From the NCBI GenBank assembly GCA_903822375.1, contig CAIJOU010000590.1:1-36599 (forward strand): a DNA stretch of 36,599 nucleotides. The letters are read 5' to 3'. This stretch comes from Candidatus Hydrogenedentota bacterium. GTDB lineage: Bacteria; Hydrogenedentota; Hydrogenedentia; Hydrogenedentales; CAITNO01. The notes under the pieces were generated by a model. It made no database searches and had not been told where the DNA came from. It saw only the letters and a list, made by a program, of their open reading frames with translations. A program made the translations under genes and the position numbers. Below, piece after piece: positions 17,532 to 25,939 of the stretch (position 1 is its first letter; every line of letters begins with the position of its first letter).

Positions 17532-19475
17532 CTACTTCAGCTTTTCCTGCAACTGCCGCGCCTCCGCGTCGTCCGGGTGCAGGTTGATATACCGTTCAAG
17601 CGCCGGTCGGGCTTCATCCACCCGGCCCAAGTCAGCCAGCACTTTGGCTTCTCCCCACCAGGCGGCGGCGAGTTTCGGGTCCTTCTCGCGGGCACCCTTG
17701 AAATCAGCCAGCGCGGGCTCGGCCCGGCCCATGGTCTGCTGCAAGGTGCCCCGCCGCAGGAGGAAGCGTTCCGGTTCCTGTTTGGCGCATTCCACGGCGT
17801 GGTTCATCGAATCCAGGGCGTCATCCATACGGTTGGCCTTGGCGAGCGCGTCCGCCTGGGCGGCCCAGCAGTCGTCAAACTTGGGTTTTTGAACCAGCGC
17901 CTTGGCGTATTGGGCCAGCGCCCGCTCTGTGTCGCCCACGCCCAGGTAGATGTTTCCAAGGTTGTACGCGATTTCCGGATTGTCCGGGTGAAGTTCCTCG
18001 GCGAACAGCAGGTCGCTGATGGCCTCCTGCGGTTTTCCCGTCTTTTCCAGCACCTTGGCCTTGCGGATGTACAGCTCATAGTCGGCGGGGTCCAGGTCGA
18101 GCGCTTTCCCGTAATCGTCCAGCGCCGCATCCCATTGCTGCATTTCGGCGTTCACAATGCCCCGCCATTTCAGCAGCCGCAGGGACGTTTCGTTAATGGC
18201 CAGGCCCTTGTCAAAATAGGATTTGGCGGTTTCGTAGCGGTCCTGGTAGCCGTAGACCATTCCCAAACCGTAATAGGCCTGGACGCAGTTGGGGTCGGTC
18301 CCCAGGGCCTGCAGAAAGTCTTCCTTTGCCTTGGTGAGGTCTTTCTTCTCGTCCTTGAGCCATGCCATGCCGCGGCTCGACAGCGCGAGCGAAAAGCCGG
18401 GATCGCATTGCAGCGCCTCGGTGTAGTACTCGCGGGCTTTGGCGAAGTTCCTGCGGTGCTCCGCCTCCAGAATGCCCTTCCAGAGAAGGATCATCTTGTC
18501 CAGATGCGCCGTCGCTTCGGCGCTGTCCGAACCTATGAATGGCAGTGTGACCAGCGAGGTCCACGACGTGACATGCGAACTCGAGCGCGACTTGGGCTTG
18601 CGGCTCAGATCCAGTGCTGCGTCCAGTTCCTTTTCCGCCTCCGCCAGCAGTGCGGCATGGTCAAGCAGTTTCTTGGGGTCGTTCGTGACCTTTTCCATAA
18701 GCAGCGCAGCATGGCGCCACCGCACCAGCGGATTGTCCGTGGCAAGCGACAACGCCTTCTTAATCTCGCTTTCGGCCGCATCGAACTTCTTCAAAGCTGT
18801 GTAGATTTGCGAGGAAAGAATGTGCGACTCGGGATTCTTGGGGCGCAGCCGCTGAAGCATGTGCGCCTGGGCCAATGCCCCGTGCGCGCGGTCGAGTTCC
18901 TCCCGGTTGATTGGCCGGTCGAGGTTGAGAAGGTCGCGAACCGTGGCCATGCCGCCGATGAAGGCCCGCTGAAACCGTATCTCCGAATCGTTGCCGTTCA
19001 GTTCCACCGCCTTGTCCAGCAGTTCCAGCGCGACGGTGGCGTTTTCCTCCTCCTCATACACCTGCACGGCGGTGTCGCAGTAGGTTTGCGCCATGCGCAC
19101 GATTTCAACTCGATCAATGTACCAGCCCATGAAACTCCAGAAAGCGGAGATGCCCATCACCACCGCCACCACGCGTACAGTCAGTTGTACCAGCCACAGC
19201 CGCCATCCCGCCTCCCGGTCCATTACGAACCGCGTCAGCCAGGTGGTCCAGGCCTCCCGGCTTTCCTCCTGCTTTTCCTGGGTCTGTTCGATTTGCTCTT
19301 CGATGCGCTCAAGCGATTCGCTTTGCTCCGTTTCCCGGTGCACAAGGCTGTTGAGCGCTTCGACCAATTTGGAAAGCATCTCGTTGGAGATTTGGCTCTG
19401 GCCGGACTGGTTCCCCGATGCGGCCGTCGGACCGCTTTCCGGTGCTGCGGGCGTGTTCTGTTCGTTTTCAGGCAC
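17532..19475 (-). CDS. Membrane-anchored TPR repeat protein
   Basis: Probable GTG start at 19475 after AAGGA; N-terminal coiled coil, one TM (VRVVAVVMGISAFWSFMGWY), many TPR motifs (AYYGLGMVY, AYNLGNIY, YGKALDLDP). Confidence 0.88.
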   Translation of the reverse strand: MPENEQNTPAAPESGPTAASGNQSGQSQISNEMLSKLVEALNSLVHRETEQSESLERIEEQIEQTQEKQEESREAWTTWLTRFVMDREAGWRLWLVQLTVRVVAVVMGISAFWSFMGWYIDRVEIVRMAQTYCDTAVQVYEEEENATVALELLDKAVELNGNDSEIRFQRAFIGGMATVRDLLNLDRPINREELDRAHGALAQAHMLQRLRPKNPESHILSSQIYTALKKFDAAESEIKKALSLATDNPLVRWRHAALLMEKVTNDPKKLLDHAALLAEAEKELDAALDLSRKPKSRSSSHVTSWTSLVTLPFIGSDSAEATAHLDKMILLWKGILEAEHRRNFAKAREYYTEALQCDPGFSLALSSRGMAWLKDEKKDLTKAKEDFLQALGTDPNCVQAYYGLGMVYGYQDRYETAKSYFDKGLAINETSLRLLKWRGIVNAEMQQWDAALDDYGKALDLDPADYELYIRKAKVLEKTGKPQEAISDLLFAEELHPDNPEIAYNLGNIYLGVGDTERALAQYAKALVQKPKFDDCWAAQADALAKANRMDDALDSMNHAVECAKQEPERFLLRRGTLQQTMGRAEPALADFKGAREKDPKLAAAWWGEAKVLADLGRVDEARPALERYINLHPDDAEARQLQEKLK

Positions 19476-19540
19476 GGTGTTGGTTTCCTTGAGGATTAAG
19501 AAACTGTCGGGCAAGTTGGCGTGGGCTGCCTGGTTCCTCT

Positions 19541-19680
19541 TTCCTGCTCTCGCTCCTGCTCTTGCTCTTAATCTCGTTTGAAATCAAGAGGAATTAGCGA
19601 AAGTCACGCGCGTTTCTTTCAAGAGGCCGTCGCTTATTATTTCCATAGTTTGCGAACTGGAGCAAGAGCAAGATCAAGAG
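19541..19680. repeat. Inverted pair of degenerate hexamer tandem arrays
   Basis: TTCCTG-CTCTCG-CTCCTG-CTCTTG-CTCTTA-ATCTCG (19541-19576) faces GAGCAA-GAGCAA-GATCAA-GAG (19660-19680). Confidence 0.7.
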
Positions 19681-19682
19681 GC

Positions 19683-20594
19683 TTAAGGAAGTCTAGAAAG
19701 CGCGTCGGCAAAGCGGCCGACCCGGTCCGGAACCGGCGCGGGAATGGGATACTGGGCCTGCTGAATTTTTCCGGCATAAATCTGGGCGCGCTGTTCGGGA
19801 TAGCCGGCCCCGCCGTAGTTGCCCTTGTAGGCGCGGAAGCGTTCGAGCACGCCCAGCAGTGCGGACGGGTCATAGCCCAGCTTTGCGCAAATCTCTGCAG
19901 ACCGCGCGTCGGCCTCCGCCTCAAGGTCGCTGCTGTACCCGTTTGCCACGGACTTGTAGACTTCATCCGACAGGGGCCCGAGCACCTGGCCGAGGTCCTT
20001 GCCCACCGAGGTGTCCGAGGCCAGGTCCTGCAGGAGACCGCCCACCGCCTTGTTCTGGGCGCCTTCCTGAATGGCGCGCATGCCGTGGTGCAGTTCCACA
20101 TGCCCCACTTCGTGGCCCAGAATGGCCGCAAGCTCGTCTTCATTCCGGAGGAACTTGATCATGCCCGTCGTGACAAAGACGAATCCGCCGGGCGTGGCGA
20201 AGGCGTTTACGGTCGGGTTGTCCAGCACCACGAAATAGAATCCGCGGTACGGATAGGGGAGACCCGAACCAAGCGCGACAGTCTGCCCGACCTGGTCCAC
20301 GTACTTGGCCACCGGGCTGTCCACCGGCAGCGTCTTGCCGTTGCCCAGAAGACGTGCCGCCACACGGTAGCCGACCAGGTACTCATAGCGCGGCCCGGCC
20401 TGGGAGACACTGCTTGCCTCGCCGAGTTTCTGCGCCGCGCCTGTGGTTTGGTTGAAGATCTGGCCGCCCCTTCCCCCGATGGCATTGCCAATTGCGGAAA
20501 GGGGATTCTGCGCCGATGCGTCCTGCGCGAGGGCCAGTGCAGCCGCCGCGAACAGTGCCGCGGCAATCAGGCAATGAAGGCTTGGCTTGCTCAT
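19683..20594 (-). CDS. M48 family metallopeptidase, exported
   Basis: Signal peptide, VNAFATPGGFVFVTTG, ELAAILGHEVGH (HExxH), YSSDLEAEAD. Confidence 0.92.
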   Translation of the reverse strand: MSKPSLHCLIAAALFAAAALALAQDASAQNPLSAIGNAIGGRGGQIFNQTTGAAQKLGEASSVSQAGPRYEYLVGYRVAARLLGNGKTLPVDSPVAKYVDQVGQTVALGSGLPYPYRGFYFVVLDNPTVNAFATPGGFVFVTTGMIKFLRNEDELAAILGHEVGHVELHHGMRAIQEGAQNKAVGGLLQDLASDTSVGKDLGQVLGPLSDEVYKSVANGYSSDLEAEADARSAEICAKLGYDPSALLGVLERFRAYKGNYGGAGYPEQRAQIYAGKIQQAQYPIPAPVPDRVGRFADALSRLP

Positions 20595-21208
20595 TGGTGT
20601 GGTGCCTCCGCCTGTTTGTACTCCCCGAGTTTGCCGGTCTGCCGGAAATCACGGTGCTTGGCCTGTTCATCCTCCAGCGGTTTCGCGGCGATGATCTTGT
20701 CCAATGCGGGGTAGTTGGCCGCGCCGGCCTCGGCGCTGCCGCCGGCCCCCTTCACCGCGGCAAGGTCGGGATCTTCGCTTTCGCTGAACCCCTTGCCTGC
20801 TGCCTGGGTGTCGCCGATTTGCGGCGCCCCTGACGCCTGCTTGTTAAACTGGGCCTCCGTAACAGTTGCCCCCTCGGGCACGTAACCTTGTCCGCCGCCC
20901 GCCGCTGTCACACGCAACCATTGCGGGGTGTGCACCGACGGGGCCGCTTTGGCCTTGCCGGATTTCGCGCCCTTGCCGCCCGTGTTTTGCACCGGCGCCG
21001 AGGAATCGGCAAGCACCGCGCCGATCACCGTCACCGGGTCTCCGTACTTGAGCATGGTTACCGTGGTGGACAGGCCGTCCGGCGCGCCCTTCAAGGGCAG
21101 ATTCACCACGGAAATGCGCCTGAGTTCGCCTTTGGGTTCACCCCACGCCGTGACACACAGTCCTGCCAGCATCAGCAGGACGCACATAAAGCAAATCCTG
21201 GTATGCAC
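20591..21208 (-). CDS. Exported SH3b-like domain protein
   Basis: GTG 21208 after AGGAGG; signal peptide; LPLKGAP...LKYGDPVTVI...WLRVTAAGGGQGYVP is an SH3b-like pattern; stop overlaps the M48 start (ATGA). Confidence 0.7.
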   Translation of the reverse strand: MHTRICFMCVLLMLAGLCVTAWGEPKGELRRISVVNLPLKGAPDGLSTTVTMLKYGDPVTVIGAVLADSSAPVQNTGGKGAKSGKAKAAPSVHTPQWLRVTAAGGGQGYVPEGATVTEAQFNKQASGAPQIGDTQAAGKGFSESEDPDLAAVKGAGGSAEAGAANYPALDKIIAAKPLEDEQAKHRDFRQTGKLGEYKQAEAPHQ

Positions 21209-21300
21209 TGGAAAACCTCCTGGCCGGTCGGCCAAGACCGCCGCCCTTGTTTGTCCGTGTGGTCCGAGTCCGTCAGAGTGCTTCCAACGGGCACAGTTTA

Positions 21301-23127
21301 TTACTTCTTGCTGAGCACGTACAACGCCTCGTCAGCGCGCAGATTCGGCAGGAAATACACGGTTCCGTCGCCGCTCAGCGGAATCTCCCGGTCAATCCGG
21401 ATGCCAAGCTGATTACAGAACGCTCGGAAGTCCCAGATGGTTACCACGTGCCGGTTGGGCGTGTCGTACCATTTATAGGGCAGATGCTTCGTGACCGGCG
21501 TCTTGCCGGTGAAGAAGGTGAAGAAACGGGGCCGCCAGTGGCCGAAGTTGGGAAAGCTCACAATGCACTTCCGGCCAACGCGCAGCATTTCCTGAAGGGC
21601 AAGGTCCGTCTTGTGCAGGACCTGCAGCGTCATGCTCAAGAGCACGTAATCAAACGACTGGTCCGGGAGCGCGGGAAGCCCCTTTTCAATGTCGGCGTGG
21701 ATTACGGAAATGCCGCTTTCCACGCAGCGAACCACGGCGTTCTCGTCCACCTCCATGCCAACGGCGCGGACATTTCTTTTCTGCATCAACTGGCAGAGCA
21801 ATTCACCCCGTCCGCAGCCGATGTCGAGCACCCTGCTGCCTTCATCCACAAGGTCGACTATCATCTCGTAGTCCACGCGCCGCTGGGCGTGGAAGATGCT
21901 GCTGACAGCGGTCGGAGACGGCGCGTCCGGGGTGTCGGCGCAGGGGGAATTGCAGGTGCAGCAGCACCGTCCGGGGGTGGTGGCGGCGGCAAGCGCCCCC
22001 GACACCATTCGCGAAAGGGTTTCCACCTCCAAAAGAAACGCGTCATGGCCGTAGTCGCTGTGCACGTTGCAGAAGGACACGTCGCGGCCCGCGCGCGCCA
22101 GCGCGTACACGATCTTCTCGGACTCGTACGGCGGGAAGAGCCAGTCGGAGGTGAACGACACCACCAGCGCCCGCCCTGTCATGCGTCCAAGGGACGCATC
22201 CATCGAGGGCGTTCCCGCACTGATGTCGAAGTAGTCCATCGCCTTGGTCACATAGAGGTAACTGTTGGCGTCGAAGCGCTCGACAAACTGCTCGCCCTGG
22301 TAGTCAAGATAGGTTTCGACGTTGAACTCGCTGTCAAAACTGAATCCGAGATGGTCCGTGTTGCGCAGCGTGCGCCCGAATTTCCGGCTCATGGAAACGT
22401 CCGACAGGTACGTGATGTGGGCCATCATGCGCGCGATCGCGAGCCCCTTGCGCGGCCCGCCGGTCGGCCCATACTCTCCTTCAAGAAAGTCGGGGTCGGC
22501 CTGAATCGCGCTGCGGCCCACGGCGTCGAAGGCGATCTGCTGCGCGCCCGTGACCGGACTGGTCGCGATGAATATCGCGCTCGCGACCTCGTCGGGATAG
22601 CGCACCGCCCAGTCCAGCGCCTGCATGCCTCCCAGAGAACCGCCCAGGACACACAGCAGCCGGTTGATGCCCAGGTGCCGTATCAGCGCATGCTGTACCC
22701 GGACCATGTCGCCGACCGTGATGATGGGGAAATCGAGGCCGTACGGTTTGCCCGTCGCCGGGTTGACCGAACTGGGTCCCGTGGTTCCCTTGCAGCCGCC
22801 CAGAAAATTGGAGCAGATCACAAAATGCTTGTCGGTGTCTATGCCCTTGCCGGGACCGATCATCACGTCCCACCAGCCCGGTTTAGCGTCGTTGGGGGAA
22901 TACTTTCCCGCGGCGTGCGCGTCCCCGGAAAGGGCATGGCACACCAGCACCGCATTGGACCGATCGGCGTTCAGCGTGCCGTAGGTCTCATAGGCAACGG
23001 TGATTGGTCCCAGCCGTTCGCCGCTGTCCAGTTCCAGCATGTGCGGAGGCTCGGCAAAGGTGAAGTATTGGGTCTCGACGATGCCCACGGAACGGGAATC
23101 GCCGCTCTTGTTGCTGTTCTTTTCCAT
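21301..23127 (-). CDS. metX: Homoserine O-acyltransferase MetX fused to MetW (SAM-dependent methyltransferase-like)
   Basis: HALSGD, GGSLGG (Ser), SDWLFP (Asp), GHDAFL (His), then a MetW domain: RVLDIGCGRG, VSFPNFGHW, LPYKWYDTPN. Confidence 0.93.
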   Translation of the reverse strand: MEKNSNKSGDSRSVGIVETQYFTFAEPPHMLELDSGERLGPITVAYETYGTLNADRSNAVLVCHALSGDAHAAGKYSPNDAKPGWWDVMIGPGKGIDTDKHFVICSNFLGGCKGTTGPSSVNPATGKPYGLDFPIITVGDMVRVQHALIRHLGINRLLCVLGGSLGGMQALDWAVRYPDEVASAIFIATSPVTGAQQIAFDAVGRSAIQADPDFLEGEYGPTGGPRKGLAIARMMAHITYLSDVSMSRKFGRTLRNTDHLGFSFDSEFNVETYLDYQGEQFVERFDANSYLYVTKAMDYFDISAGTPSMDASLGRMTGRALVVSFTSDWLFPPYESEKIVYALARAGRDVSFCNVHSDYGHDAFLLEVETLSRMVSGALAAATTPGRCCCTCNSPCADTPDAPSPTAVSSIFHAQRRVDYEMIVDLVDEGSRVLDIGCGRGELLCQLMQKRNVRAVGMEVDENAVVRCVESGISVIHADIEKGLPALPDQSFDYVLLSMTLQVLHKTDLALQEMLRVGRKCIVSFPNFGHWRPRFFTFFTGKTPVTKHLPYKWYDTPNRHVVTIWDFRAFCNQLGIRIDREIPLSGDGTVYFLPNLRADEALYVLSKK

Positions 23128-23154
23128 CAATTACCGCAGTCAGTTGGGAAGCCC

Positions 23155-23197
23155 AAAAAAGCAGAAGCGCACGTTGCCAACCATCGACAACGTGCGC
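23155..23197 (-). terminator. Intrinsic terminator downstream of metY
   Basis: Minus-strand RNA stem GCGCACGUUGUCGA/UUGGCAACGUGCGC (14 bp including G-U pairs) followed by UUCUGCUUUUUU. Confidence 0.7.
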
Positions 23198-23211
23198 CCT
23201 TTATCATAGCA

Positions 23212-24531
<1,320 letters not shown>

Positions 24532-24662
24532 TTATGCTTCTACCCGGCAAGTTTGTCTGCTCTTATGGATTCTCGGGCCAAACAGGAGACCCCAGGGCAC
24601 AGTGCCCGTCTTTCTCCTCCTGGCTCCCGACTTCTTGGGTCGCGGACAAGCCGCAACCGGCG

Positions 24663-25589
24663 TCAGCTTTGGAAAAGCGGGGTCGACAGGTAGCGCTCGC
24701 CGGAATCCGGCAGCACCACCACGATTGTCTTGCCCGCATATTCGTCCAGGTGCGCAAGGCGTACCGCAACCGCGGCCGCCGCGCCGCAGCTGATGCCGCT
24801 GATGATGCCTTCTTCCTTGGCCAGCCGCCGCGCCGTATCAAAAGCCTCGTCGTCGGTCGCGGTTTCTATGCGGTCCACCACGCTCAGGTCGAGAATGTCG
24901 GGTTTGAAGCCCGCGCCGATGCCCTGAATCTTGTGCTTGCCCGGCGCTCCGCCGCTCAGCACCGGCGACGCCGCCGGTTCCACGGCCACGCTCGTGATCG
25001 CGCGGCCTTTTGATTTCAGGTAGCGCGAAACGCCCGTGATGGTCCCGCCTGTGCCCACGCCGGCCACAAACACGTCCACCTGGCCGTCCGTGTCATCCCA
25101 GATCTCGGGGCCGGTTGTCTTAAGATGTATTTCCGGATTGGCCGGGTTTTTGAACTGCTGCGGCAGGAAGTAATCCGGATTCTCCGCGGCAATCTTTTCC
25201 GCTTCAGCTATGGCACCCGGCATGCCCAATGCCCCCGGCGTGAGCACCAGATCCGCGCCGAATGCCTTAAGCATCTGGCGGCGTTCCAGACTCATTGTCT
25301 CGGGCATGGTCAGCACCAGTTTGTAGCCCCGGGCGGCGGACACAAAGGCCAGCGCGATGCCCGTGTTGCCCGAGGTGGGTTCCACGATCGTTCCGCCCGG
25401 TTTCAGCACGCCCCGCTTTTCCGCGTCCCAGATCATGTTCGCGCCGATGCGGCATTTCACTGAATACGCCGGATTGCGCCCCTCCACCTTCGCCAGCACC
25501 CGTGCCGCCCTGATGCCCTGCGTCAGCTTGGTCAACTGAACCAGCGGCGTGCGGCCTATCGAGAAACTGTTGTCTGCGTACACGCTCAT
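24663..25589 (-). CDS. cysK: Cysteine synthase A
   Basis: ATG 25589 after GGGAGG; [17 protein letters not shown] (PLP lysine), [32 protein letters not shown]. Confidence 0.96.
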   Translation of the reverse strand: MSVYADNSFSIGRTPLVQLTKLTQGIRAARVLAKVEGRNPAYSVKCRIGANMIWDAEKRGVLKPGGTIVEPTSGNTGIALAFVSAARGYKLVLTMPETMSLERRQMLKAFGADLVLTPGALGMPGAIAEAEKIAAENPDYFLPQQFKNPANPEIHLKTTGPEIWDDTDGQVDVFVAGVGTGGTITGVSRYLKSKGRAITSVAVEPAASPVLSGGAPGKHKIQGIGAGFKPDILDLSVVDRIETATDDEAFDTARRLAKEEGIISGISCGAAAAVAVRLAHLDEYAGKTIVVVLPDSGERYLSTPLFQS

Positions 25590-25756
25590 CTTAAGAACCT
25601 CCCTGGGTTGGGGAGCCATGCTCCCATCGACGCGTCCTGTGTTCCATACCCGGCGGATACCATCCGTGCTAAACACGAACTGCCTTGGGAATCATCCCGG
25701 TCGCGTCCGCCGCTGTTGGTGAAACATTCACACTCATGCGCATATTCCAGCAACAT
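25586..25756 (-). CDS. Putative leaderless upstream ORF (56 aa, 3 Cys) coupled to cysK
   Basis: [32 protein letters not shown]...RFLR*. ATG is 7 nt after the -10 and the TGA overlaps the cysK ATG. Confidence 0.4.
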   Translation of the reverse strand: MLLEYAHECECFTNSGGRDRDDSQGSSCLARMVSAGYGTQDASMGAWLPNPGRFLR

Positions 25757-25763
25757 GATAACA

Positions 25764-25793
25764 ATTGTAATGTATGAAGCCCGGTCGTGTCAA
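25764..25793 (-). promoter_or_regulatory. Sigma70 promoter of the cysK-metY operon
   Basis: TTGACA (25793-25788), 18 bp, TACAAT (25769-25764). Confidence 0.65.
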
Positions 25794-25939
25794 GTATGCT
25801 GTGCGCTGGGAGACCTGGTGGCGCTGGAACCCATCCGGCAGGGATTCTATAATCTATATCGTTGGGCAAATTACTTCTGCGAATGAAGGCGCCAAACACA
25901 ATGCACTGGCGAAAAGGAATAGTATGGAGTGGGGAAGGC

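Noticed and set aside
17577-19499. 640-aa plus-strand ORF, and similar long ORFs at 2604-4025, 21247-23388 and 30144-31826
   Set aside because: Antisense shadows of well-supported genes, as expected with high-GC codon bias; no motifs.
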